Under the pieces are notes generated by a model. That model had not been told where the DNA came from. It saw only the letters and a program-made list of their open reading frames with translations, and ran no database searches. The translations under genes were made by a program, and so were the position numbers. A stretch of 64,000 nucleotides of DNA, from contig JANNXA010000027.1 in assembly GCA_031409275.1 (NCBI GenBank), positions 32,001 to 96,000 of the forward strand, given 5' to 3'. This DNA is from Planctomycetota bacterium. Its GTDB lineage: Bacteria; Planctomycetota; B15-G4; SIAN01. This document shows, one piece after another, positions 48,921 to 57,709 of the stretch (position 1 is its first letter; each line of letters begins with the position of its first letter).

Positions 48921-49711
48921 TCGTCGCCGGATTGCAGCTCGATCTGGCGTGGGAGGATCCCGACGAGAACTTCCGCCGCGCGCAGTCGGCGGCGCAGCGA
49001 GCGGTCGCGGCTGGTGCGCGCTTGCTGGTGCTGCCCGAGATGTTCAACACCGGCTTCTCGATGGACGCCGCGCGTTGTGCCGCGGCGGCGGATCGGACCC
49101 GCGCCTGGCTCGTGGCGCTCGCGCGCTCGCTCCAGTGCTACGTGGGGGGCGGCTTCGCGGAGCCGGCGCCGACGAGTGGCAGCGGTGCGGCGGGGCGACC
49201 GCGCAACGCCTTCGCGCTGTTCGCGCCCGATGGCCGCGAGCTGCTCCACTACCAGAAGGTGCACCCCTTCGCGCTCGCGGGCGAGGCGGACCACTACGCG
49301 GCCGGCGCGACGTTGCCGAGCGCGACCATCGAAGGCGTTCGCGTGACGGCGGTCATCTGCTACGACCTGCGCTTCCCCGAGCTCTTCAGAGTGGCGGCCG
49401 AGCGCACCGATCTCTTCCTCGTGCCCGCGAACTGGCCGGCGAAGCGCCGTCATGCGTGGCAGACGCTGCTGGCGGCGCGCGCCATCGAGAACCAGTGCTT
49501 CGTGCTGGGCGTCAATCGGGTCGGCGAGGCGAGCGGCGAGCCGCACAGCGGCGACAGCGCGCTGCTCGATCCCTTCGGCGTGGCGCGCGCGAGCGCCAGC
49601 GAGCAGCCGGCCTTGGTGGTCGGCGACGTGGACGCCGCCGAGGTTGCGCGCGTGCGAGCGCGCTTCCCTTTCCTGCGCGATCGGCGGGCCGACCTCTACC
49701 CGAAGCTGTGA
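48917..49711 (+). CDS. Carbon-nitrogen hydrolase (omega-amidase, YafV/Nit2-like)
   Basis: LPEMFNTGF, YQKVHPF, ICYDLRFPE, ANWP, ARAIENQ, GVNRVG (E-K-C triad). ATGA overlap with the aminotransferase. Confidence 0.9.
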   Translation: MIVAGLQLDLAWEDPDENFRRAQSAAQRAVAAGARLLVLPEMFNTGFSMDAARCAAAADRTRAWLVALARSLQCYVGGGFAEPAPTSGSGAAGRPRNAFALFAPDGRELLHYQKVHPFALAGEADHYAAGATLPSATIEGVRVTAVICYDLRFPELFRVAAERTDLFLVPANWPAKRRHAWQTLLAARAIENQCFVLGVNRVGEASGEPHSGDSALLDPFGVARASASEQPALVVGDVDAAEVARVRARFPFLRDRRADLYPKL

Positions 49712-49724
49712 CTCGCGCGCAGGA

Positions 49725-50342
49725 TCAGACGCGCCAGCGCCCTTCGAGCACGAGGGCGCGAGCCGGCGCGGCGTGATCGAAGAGATGCGCCTGGATGCCC
49801 TCCGCCCGCGCGCCGTCGATGTTGTCGCGGCGGTCGTCGAAGAAGACGGTCTGCTTGGGGTCGAGTGCGAACTGGCTCAAGAGGTGGCGGTAGATCGCGG
49901 CGTCCGGCTTCACCAATCGCACCTGCGCGGAGATGACGATGCCCGCGAATCGCGACCAGAAGTCATGGCGCGGCCGCAGGTAGTCCCAGGTGTCGTGCGA
50001 CATGTTCGAGAGGCAGTAGAGCGCGACGCCGGCGCGATGGAGCTCCTCGAGGAACGCCAGGCTCTCGGGCATCGGCGTGAGCGAGGTCTTCGACGCATGC
50101 ACCAGCCGCGTCAGCAGATCGAGCGGGGCCCCGGTGCGTTCGCGGAATCGCAGCAAGGCGTCCGCCTCGTCGAGCGTGCCGCGATCGAGGTCGACCCAGT
50201 CGGAGTGGTCGAAGATCGAGCGACGGAAGTGGTCGGCGTCGCTGCCGGTCGGCAGGTGATCGCGCACCAACGCGCCCGGATTCCACGACAACAGCACGTT
50301 GCCGACGTCGAAGACGACGTTTCGCGGGAGCTTGGCAGCCAT
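49725..50342 (-). CDS. HAD family phosphatase (YihX-like)
   Basis: FDVGNVLL, LSN, KPDAAIY, FFDDRRDN..GA..GI. Confidence 0.88.
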   Translation of the reverse strand: MAAKLPRNVVFDVGNVLLSWNPGALVRDHLPTGSDADHFRRSIFDHSDWVDLDRGTLDEADALLRFRERTGAPLDLLTRLVHASKTSLTPMPESLAFLEELHRAGVALYCLSNMSHDTWDYLRPRHDFWSRFAGIVISAQVRLVKPDAAIYRHLLSQFALDPKQTVFFDDRRDNIDGARAEGIQAHLFDHAAPARALVLEGRWRV

Positions 50343-50405
50343 CCTCGTCCCTCCCGCCTCGCCTCGCGCGAGCCGCGGTCGCCGCCCAGCGGCGACCGCC
50401 ACGTT

Positions 50406-51194
50406 TCAGATCCCCATCGCGTGGAAGCCGGCGTCGACGAAGAGCACCTCGCCGGTGATCCCGCGCGCCATCTCCGAGAGGAGGAAGACGCTCGCATCGG
50501 CGACCTCTTCCGTGGTGACGTTCTTGCGCAGGGGGGCGCGCTCGGGCATCTGGTCGAGCAGCGTCGAGAAGCTGCTGACCCCCGCAGCGGAGAGCGTCTT
50601 GATCGGGCCGGCCGAGACGGCGTTGACGCGGATGCCGTTGGGGCCAAGGTCCGCGGCGAGGTAGCGCACCGAAGCCTCGAGCGCCGCCTTGGCGACGCCC
50701 ATCACGTTGTAGTTCGGGACGACGCGCTGCCCGCCGAGGTAGGTGAGGGTGAGCACGCTGGTGGTGCGCCCCTCCGTGTTCCCGTCGGTGCGCGCCATCA
50801 TCGGCCGCAGCGCGCGGCACAGCGCCGTCAGCGAGAAGCTCGAGATGTCCTGCGCGAGGTGATAGCCCTCGCGGCTGGTGTCGACGAAGCCGCCAGCGAG
50901 CTCCTCCTTCTTGGCGAAGGCGACGGCGTGGACCAGGAAGTCGAGGGTGCCAAACGTCGCCTTCAGCTGCGCGGCCAGCTGGGCGATTTCCTCGTCGCGG
51001 CCGACATCGCACGGGAAGTAGTGCTTCACGCCGAGCGTGTTGCCGAGATCGACGACGCCTTCCTTGAAGCGATCGTTGGCGTAGGTCAGCGCGATCTCGG
51101 CGCCGTGCTCATGGGCCGCCTTGGCGATCGCCCACGCGATGCTGCGTTTGTTGGCGATGCCGAGGATGACGCCTTTGCGGCCCTTCAGGAGCAT
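50406..51194 (-). CDS. fabI: Enoyl-ACP reductase
   Basis: GIANKRSIAWAIA, LVHAVAFA, YNVMGVAKAALEASVRYLA, VNAVSAGPIKTL, TGEVLFVDAG. Confidence 0.96.
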   Translation of the reverse strand: MLLKGRKGVILGIANKRSIAWAIAKAAHEHGAEIALTYANDRFKEGVVDLGNTLGVKHYFPCDVGRDEEIAQLAAQLKATFGTLDFLVHAVAFAKKEELAGGFVDTSREGYHLAQDISSFSLTALCRALRPMMARTDGNTEGRTTSVLTLTYLGGQRVVPNYNVMGVAKAALEASVRYLAADLGPNGIRVNAVSAGPIKTLSAAGVSSFSTLLDQMPERAPLRKNVTTEEVADASVFLLSEMARGITGEVLFVDAGFHAMGI

Positions 51195-51246
51195 GGAGGT
51201 CCCTTTCGTGCGCGTGCACTGGAGGCGTCACGCGAAGCGCGGCACG

Positions 51247-53589
51247 TTACTGGCCTTGCACGCGAGGCTCAACCGGCACGACGCTCTGCGGCGGCGGACC
51301 ATCGTGCAGGAGGAGGGTCGTGACGCGCCTGGCGGCGGCGGGAGTCGCCGGGCGCGCTGGCGCCATCGGGAGCGCGCGCGGCGGCGTGATCGGCAGCGAA
51401 TCGAGCGTGTCGACGAGGTGCGCGGCGACCAGCAGCGTCGCGCCCGTGTCGAACGCTCCGACCAGCTCGAAGGCGACCGTTACCGGCTCGCGCGTTTCGG
51501 CGATCTGCCACTCGAAACGCCCTTCGCTCGCCGGATGAGCGGGGCCCGGCACCACCGCGTCGGCAGGCGCGACGACCTGCGCTTCGATGGTGAACGGCGT
51601 CGCCGGCGGTGGTTCCACCGCGACGCGCAGCCGCAGCTCCTCTGCGCGGAAGCGCGGCGTCGCGAAGAGCACCTCGATGCGCACGCCGCGCGCGGTTCGC
51701 TCGAGCGCTCGCAGCGTCGCTGCAAACGGCGTCGCGGCCGTTCGTCGTTGGAACGCCGGTGCGCTGCCGAGCCGAGCGCTGGCGAGGATGCGCCGTTCAC
51801 GGCGGTCGAACCAGTCGAAGGAGTGCGTGGTCCCTTGCGCGAGCAGCAGCGTGGCCGACTTTCCATCGGAGCCGAAGGCGAAGCGGCCGGGACGCGGCAG
51901 CAGCTCGTAGCTGCTGGCGGATGGGTCCACTGCGCCGAGCGGCACGAAGAGCGCTGTCTCGCCCGCGGCCATCTCGACCGCCAGCGGTGCGTCGCCGCGC
52001 GGTTCGAGCCACTCGCACCACGGGTAGAGCCGCAGCCAGCCGTGCGCGCGTGCCGGCAGCTCGAACGGTTGCGGTCGCCAGCCGGCGTTCTCGCGCAGCC
52101 ACGGCACGAAGTCGCCTTGCGCCGGAGCCTCACGCCAGAAGGAGAGTCCGGCCGCGGCGATCGCGAGGCGTTCCGAGCGATCGCCGTCGGGGTGGTCGGT
52201 GAGCGCGGGCGGCAACGCGATCAGCGGCTCTTGCGCCATGGCGCCGGCCGCGAAGCGTGCCGCGACGGCGTCGATCTCGCCGTCGATGGGCAGCGGCCGC
52301 GGCGGCTCCATCACCACGTCGACGAAGCGGCGCCAGAACGGCGACAGCGTCGTCCCCGCTGGTGCTTGCAGCGCGACCACCACGTCGCGGCAGAGCTTGC
52401 GCTCGGTCTGGAACAGCTCGATCCAGCCGGCCGCGAGCTGCGCCTGCTGCGTCGCATCCTGCGGCCAGCGGGCGGGCCATTCGTGGATGAGCCAGCGCGG
52501 CGCGTGCAGCTGCCCGCTCGATTGCAGCAGGGCGACCAGCGCCTTCTTCGCCGTGCGCTGCTCGGCGCTGCTGGCGATGGGCAAGGGCGCTCCCTCGGCG
52601 TCAGCGAGCGGCACCGTGAGCGCGAGCGGCGTCGCGCTGCTCTTCAACGCGGCGAGCGCCGCGCCGATGGCGCCAGGCGGAAGGTCGGCAGCGGGTGCGA
52701 ACCAGGAGCTGCGCGCCAGCGCGGCGACGTCGAGCAACGCGATGGTCGGCGTATTCGCGGGGCCGAGTCTGGCGGCGACGACGCCGCGCGGTGCGAAGGT
52801 CGTCGCGAGCTCGCTGGCGGGGCCTTTCAACTCCTGTGCAGCGATGGGCACCATCGGTTGCGCGCTGCGCGGCGGCGCCAACCCGGCGAGCCACCGGAAG
52901 GCGACTGCACCGCTGCGATCGAGGCCGACGGTCGCGGTCGACGACCATGGCCAGACGAAGTCGCCGCTCTCCGTCGCGGCGGCGCTGCGCAGCGGTCGCT
53001 CGCGCAGGACGACGGCCGCGCCGTCGACGACGCACTCGGCCAACGGATGGTCGAGCGCCGCGAAGAGCCCGGAATCGCTGCGCACGATGGTGCCGCTCCC
53101 GCTGCCCGTGAAGCGTCCGCTCTGGAAGGTGAAACGCTCGACCTCGACTTCCGTCAGCAACACGGTCGCCTGGTGCGCGTCGCGGGTGGAGAGTTGCACT
53201 CGTTTTGTCAGCCACGGCTCCTCGCCGCCGGCGCCATAGGCCACGGTCACCGCGAACGGGCTGGAGGCAGCTTCGAAGCGCAGCGTGACGCCGCGCCCAC
53301 CGAACTCGGCGGGCAGGGCGGCGATGCGCGTGAGCGGCAGTTCCGCTGGGGTGATCTCGCGGCCATCGGCCAGCACGAATCGGAACTCCTGGCTGGTCAG
53401 CGCAAGCACGGCGCCGCCGAACTCGAAGCGAGTGGTGGTCGCGCTGCGAGCGTCGCTCCCGAGCTTGAAGCAGCGCCGCGCGGCTCCGTTGTCCACGGCG
53501 AGTTCGGGGCGCCCGGCAGTGGCGGCGAGCGGTGGTGCGAACAGCCCGGCCGCGAGCAGTGCGGCACCGCAACCCTTGCGGAATCTCAT
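51247..53589 (-). CDS. Hypothetical exported protein (possibly a degenerate glycoside-hydrolase-like fold)
   Basis: Long ORF with a signal peptide (MRFRKGCGAALLAAGLFA), divergent from the next gene. No catalytic motif recognised. Confidence 0.55.
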   Translation of the reverse strand: MRFRKGCGAALLAAGLFAPPLAATAGRPELAVDNGAARRCFKLGSDARSATTTRFEFGGAVLALTSQEFRFVLADGREITPAELPLTRIAALPAEFGGRGVTLRFEAASSPFAVTVAYGAGGEEPWLTKRVQLSTRDAHQATVLLTEVEVERFTFQSGRFTGSGSGTIVRSDSGLFAALDHPLAECVVDGAAVVLRERPLRSAAATESGDFVWPWSSTATVGLDRSGAVAFRWLAGLAPPRSAQPMVPIAAQELKGPASELATTFAPRGVVAARLGPANTPTIALLDVAALARSSWFAPAADLPPGAIGAALAALKSSATPLALTVPLADAEGAPLPIASSAEQRTAKKALVALLQSSGQLHAPRWLIHEWPARWPQDATQQAQLAAGWIELFQTERKLCRDVVVALQAPAGTTLSPFWRRFVDVVMEPPRPLPIDGEIDAVAARFAAGAMAQEPLIALPPALTDHPDGDRSERLAIAAAGLSFWREAPAQGDFVPWLRENAGWRPQPFELPARAHGWLRLYPWCEWLEPRGDAPLAVEMAAGETALFVPLGAVDPSASSYELLPRPGRFAFGSDGKSATLLLAQGTTHSFDWFDRRERRILASARLGSAPAFQRRTAATPFAATLRALERTARGVRIEVLFATPRFRAEELRLRVAVEPPPATPFTIEAQVVAPADAVVPGPAHPASEGRFEWQIAETREPVTVAFELVGAFDTGATLLVAAHLVDTLDSLPITPPRALPMAPARPATPAAARRVTTLLLHDGPPPQSVVPVEPRVQGQ

Positions 53590-53661
53590 TGGAAGAGGTG
53601 ACGATGAGCGCATGGCGGTCATATTGCCGACCGCCGTGGCGATCGCGAGGAGGCCCGTTGC

Positions 53662-55137
53662 ATGCGTTATCCCGCCGCTTGGTTCGTTGCGCTCGGAGCG
53701 ATCGCGGGCGGGGTGGTTGGCGGTGGGCTCGCAACCTGGCTGCTCGATCCGCCGCGTTCCGCTGGCATCGGTGCCGCAGCGACCGCCGCTCCTTCGGTCG
53801 CGGCGCTCGAAGCGAGGATCGATCAGCTCGAGCAGCAGCTCGCGACGCGAGAAGTGCCATCGGCCGTCCGAGTGGAGGCGACGACGCTGCCGCGGTTGCC
53901 GGTGGTGGCCGTCGCGCCGCGCTCAGGCGCCGCGACGGTCGCCGAGGCGGCGCTCGATCCGCGACGACTGCTCGCCGAGTACGTCGCCTCCTTCGAGGGC
54001 GGTGGCACCGGCTCCGACTTCTTCCGGATGGCGGTCGCGGCCTATGCATGGCCGCTGCGCCGCGACCTGCACGCGATCGTGGCCGATCGCCTCGCGCCCG
54101 ATCCGCTGCGGTTGCAGGTGCTGGCGATGTTGAGTGGCGGCAGCTTCCGCGGCGACGCGGAGACGATCGACACGCTGCTGGCGCTGCTGCGCGAGGGGGG
54201 CTTCGAGGCCGCAGAATTGCAGGCGCTTGCACTCCTGGCGCAGCTTGGCGATCGCCGCACCGCCGACTTGATCGAGGCGCTCGCGCCGGCGCTCTCGCCA
54301 CTGCGCGTGCGCGCCGCTGCGTGGGACGCGCTGGTCGCGCTGTGCGAGCGCGACGCCGAGAGCGTGCTGCTGCGACTGCTCGAACGCGAGGGGGATCCGC
54401 AGGCGCAGGAGCAGCTGCTGCGCCGTTTCCACGGCAGCGATCCGCTGGCGACGCGGCGTGCGCTCGAGCTCGCGTCACGTTTCGCCGACCGCTCGCCGAG
54501 GCTGCGCGGCGCCACGCTGATCGGCACCCAGCGTGAACCGGAGTTCGTCGCGCTTGCGCAGGAGTGGCATGGGCGGGAGCCCGACGACGAAGTGCGCGCC
54601 CGCCTCGCCGCCTCGCTCGATCAGCAGAAGTCGATTCCAGGCTGGCACGAGCTGCAGGCGACCGGCGCGCCGAACGCTGCGGTCGGCAACGACGACCAGC
54701 ATGCGTGGGCTTGCGCGAGCGCGGATGGCGGCCGTGAGTGGATCGAACTCGACTACCCCCAACCGCAGCGCGCCGACCGCGTCACGGTCCATCAGACTTG
54801 CGTGCCGGGATGCATCGTCGAGGTGGCCGTCGCGACTCGCGCGGGCGGCTGGCAGATCGTCTGGAGCGGTCGCGGAGGGCCCGCCGTGGCGGGACCGTTC
54901 GTCGTGCGTTTCGACGCGGTCGAGGACGCGGCGCGCGTGCGAGTCGTGCTCGACACTTCGTTGCAGAACGGCTGGAACGAGATCGACGCGGTCGAACTCG
55001 CCGGTCCCGAGGGCGCCACATGGGCCAGCGGCGCGCGTGCGAGCAGCCGCTACGGCCAAGGGAGCAGTTGGAGCGAGTTCGACACGAGCCTCACCCGCTT
55101 CTCCTTCGGCGATCTCGGCGTGTCGAAGGAGCGCTGA
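53662..55137 (+). CDS. Membrane-anchored HEAT-repeat protein with C-terminal galactose-binding-like (discoidin-type) domain
   Basis: N-terminal TM segment, coiled coil and helical repeats; QATGAPN..AWA...EWIELDY..WNEIDAVEL. Confidence 0.7.
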   Translation: MRYPAAWFVALGAIAGGVVGGGLATWLLDPPRSAGIGAAATAAPSVAALEARIDQLEQQLATREVPSAVRVEATTLPRLPVVAVAPRSGAATVAEAALDPRRLLAEYVASFEGGGTGSDFFRMAVAAYAWPLRRDLHAIVADRLAPDPLRLQVLAMLSGGSFRGDAETIDTLLALLREGGFEAAELQALALLAQLGDRRTADLIEALAPALSPLRVRAAAWDALVALCERDAESVLLRLLEREGDPQAQEQLLRRFHGSDPLATRRALELASRFADRSPRLRGATLIGTQREPEFVALAQEWHGREPDDEVRARLAASLDQQKSIPGWHELQATGAPNAAVGNDDQHAWACASADGGREWIELDYPQPQRADRVTVHQTCVPGCIVEVAVATRAGGWQIVWSGRGGPAVAGPFVVRFDAVEDAARVRVVLDTSLQNGWNEIDAVELAGPEGATWASGARASSRYGQGSSWSEFDTSLTRFSFGDLGVSKER

Positions 55138-55392
55138 GCGCCTGAGAGGAAATCCCTCCCGTCGCCCGACAGGCGGCGCACCCCGCCCGGCGGCGTTGCG
55201 CCTCCTCGCCGTATCTCTCCGTGGATACGCCTCGTCGGCGCGCCTTGCCATGCGGGCGCGGCGCTTCGTCGCGCTCGGTCCGGGATTCCATCTCAGGCTC
55301 TGAGCGGCCGTTGTCGTGGTGCTCGGTGTAGCTTGGTTCCGCCGGGTCGTTGACGGAACCGGCCGACTCCATCTGGTTCGAAGGTTGCAGTC

Positions 55393-57645
55393 ATGTGGTC
55401 ACTCGTAGTTTCGGTCGCCGCGATCGCGCTGACGATGGCGCGTCCGCAGGCGAGCCCGGACGACGCCTCGCGGTCGTCGGTCGATCCGCGCGGGCCAGGG
55501 ACGATCGCGATGGCCAAGCGGCTCGCGGAGATCGCCGCGCGCCAGGACCCCGATCGCATTCGCTGGCTGTCGCGCGAGCGCGTGGCCTTGAAGCGCGCGG
55601 CGGTGCGGCAGGCGGGGTCGGCCAAGGAGGCCAACAACCGCCTCGAACTGGCGATCGAGCTGTTGCAGTCCAACGAGCCGGAGGAGGCGCTCGCCGAGAT
55701 CGAGCGCGCCGGCGCCGCGGCGCAGCCTGGCGGCGCCCCTTCGCCCGAATTCGCGCGCTCGCTGCGAAGCTGGCGCGCGATCTCATGGCTCCGACTCGGC
55801 GAGGTCGAGAACTGCCTCGCGCGCCACGTCTGCGAGTCGTGCATCCTGCCGATCGCGCACGGTGCGCACCACCTCGAGCGGCGCGGTTCCGAGAACGCGA
55901 TCCGCGAGTACGAGGCGCTGCTGGCCGACGATCCCGAGGATCGCGAGTCGCGCTGGTTGCTGAACGTGGCGCATATGACGCTCGGCAGTTGGCCCGACGG
56001 CGTGCCGGAGCGCTTCCGGCTGCCGGCCACGGCGTTCGCCTCCGATCGCGACTTCCCGCGCTTCCGCGACGTCTCCGGCGGGTGCGGCGTCGACCTCTGC
56101 GTGCTGTCGGGCGGCATCGTCACCGAGGATCTCGATGGCGATGCGCGGCTCGACCTCGTGATGACCTCGATGGGGCCGCTCGATCGCATGTGGGTCTATC
56201 GCAACCGCGGCGATGGCACCTTCGAGGAGCGCGCGATGGCCGCTGGCCTCGAGGGGATCACCGGCGGATTGAACCTCATCCACGGCGACTACGACAACGA
56301 CGGCGATGCCGACCTCTTCGTGCTGCGCGGCGGCTGGTTCGGCGAGGAGGGGGCGATCCCCAACTCGCTGCTGCGCAACCGCGGCGACGGCAACTTCGAC
56401 GATGTCACGGTCGAGGCTGGTGTGCTCAGCCTTCATCCGACGCAGACGGGCGTCTTCACCGACATCGATCTCGATGGCTGGCTCGACCTGGTGATCGGCA
56501 ACGAGTCGATCCCCGAGGCAGGCATGCGCGACCGCTGCGAGCTCTTCCTCAACCAGCGCGACGGCACCTTCCGCGACGTGGCAGACGCGGTCGGCGCGGC
56601 GATTGACGACTACGTGAAGGGGGTGGCGGCGGGCGACTTCGACAACGACGGCCGCATCGACCTCTTCTACTCGTGCCGCGGCGGCGTCAACCGGCTGCTG
56701 AAGAACGAGAAGAGCGCGAACGCGCCCGGCTTCCGCTTCCGCAACGTCGCCGACGTGGCGCGCGTCGAGCTGCCGCGGATGAGCTTCCCGGCGTGGTTCT
56801 TCGACTACGACAACGACGGCTGGCAAGACCTCTACGTCGGCGTGAATCCCGCCTTCGGCGGCGATCGCACCGAGGAGGTCTGGCACATGTACGCGGGTGA
56901 GAAGCGCATCGCCGAGACGCCGCGCCTCTACCACAACGAGAAGGGGAAGTTCCGCGACGTCACCAGCGAGACCGGTATGTCACGGGCCGGCTTCGTGATG
57001 GGCTGCAACTACGGCGATCTCGACAACGACGGCTGGCTCGATTTCTACCTCGGCACCGGCGCTCCCGACTTCCGAGCGCTGCTGCCCAACAAGATGTTTC
57101 GCAACGCCGGCGGCGTGAGGTTCGAGGACGTCACCACGGCCGGCGGCTTCGGCCATCTGCAGAAGGGCCACGGCATCGCCTTCGCCGACCTCGACGACGA
57201 CGGCGACCAGGACGTCGTGGCGCGGATGGGCGGCGGCTACACCGGCGACATCTACCGCACCTCTCTCTACGAGAACCCCGGTTTCGAGGGGGCGCGCTTC
57301 GTCACGCTCCGGCTGCGCGGCACGCGCTGCAATCGCAGCGCGGTCGGGGCGAGGATCGCCGTGACGGTGGCGGACGACGCGGGCATCCGCACGATCCATG
57401 TCACCGTCGGCACCGGTGCGAGTTTTGGAAGCAGCTCGCTGCAGCAGGAAATCGGGCTCGGTCAGGCGTTCGAGATCGTCTCGATCGAGGTGCGCTGGCC
57501 CGGCGATCCGAAGCCGCAGCAATTCACCGCCGTGCCGCTCGACTCGATCGTCGAGCTGGAGCAGGATCGCGCGGAGTGGAAGAAGCTCGACGCGAAGCCG
57601 TTCCGGCTCGGCCGCGCGCCAGCACCGGCGAAGTCGCACGAGTAG
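55393..57645 (+). CDS. CRTAC1-family protein (TPR-like N-terminus, FG-GAP repeats, ASPIC/UnbV)
   Basis: Repeated DxDxDGxxD loops, GFGHLQKGHG, NRSAVGARI, SFGSSSL.QEIGLG. Confidence 0.9.
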   Translation: MWSLVVSVAAIALTMARPQASPDDASRSSVDPRGPGTIAMAKRLAEIAARQDPDRIRWLSRERVALKRAAVRQAGSAKEANNRLELAIELLQSNEPEEALAEIERAGAAAQPGGAPSPEFARSLRSWRAISWLRLGEVENCLARHVCESCILPIAHGAHHLERRGSENAIREYEALLADDPEDRESRWLLNVAHMTLGSWPDGVPERFRLPATAFASDRDFPRFRDVSGGCGVDLCVLSGGIVTEDLDGDARLDLVMTSMGPLDRMWVYRNRGDGTFEERAMAAGLEGITGGLNLIHGDYDNDGDADLFVLRGGWFGEEGAIPNSLLRNRGDGNFDDVTVEAGVLSLHPTQTGVFTDIDLDGWLDLVIGNESIPEAGMRDRCELFLNQRDGTFRDVADAVGAAIDDYVKGVAAGDFDNDGRIDLFYSCRGGVNRLLKNEKSANAPGFRFRNVADVARVELPRMSFPAWFFDYDNDGWQDLYVGVNPAFGGDRTEEVWHMYAGEKRIAETPRLYHNEKGKFRDVTSETGMSRAGFVMGCNYGDLDNDGWLDFYLGTGAPDFRALLPNKMFRNAGGVRFEDVTTAGGFGHLQKGHGIAFADLDDDGDQDVVARMGGGYTGDIYRTSLYENPGFEGARFVTLRLRGTRCNRSAVGARIAVTVADDAGIRTIHVTVGTGASFGSSSLQQEIGLGQAFEIVSIEVRWPGDPKPQQFTAVPLDSIVELEQDRAEWKKLDAKPFRLGRAPAPAKSHE

Positions 57646-57703
57646 CGCGTCGCCGCCATCGGCGACCGCTACATTTCAGCGCGTCGCCGCCATCGGCGAC
57701 CGC
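57644..57703. repeat. Two 26-bp direct repeats, each a hairpin, between convergent genes (possible bidirectional terminator/REP)
   Basis: AGCGCGTCGCCGCCATCGGCGACCGC at 57644-57669 and 57678-57703; stem GTCGCCG/CGGCGAC, loop CCAT. Confidence 0.8.
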
Positions 57704-57709
57704 CGCGTC

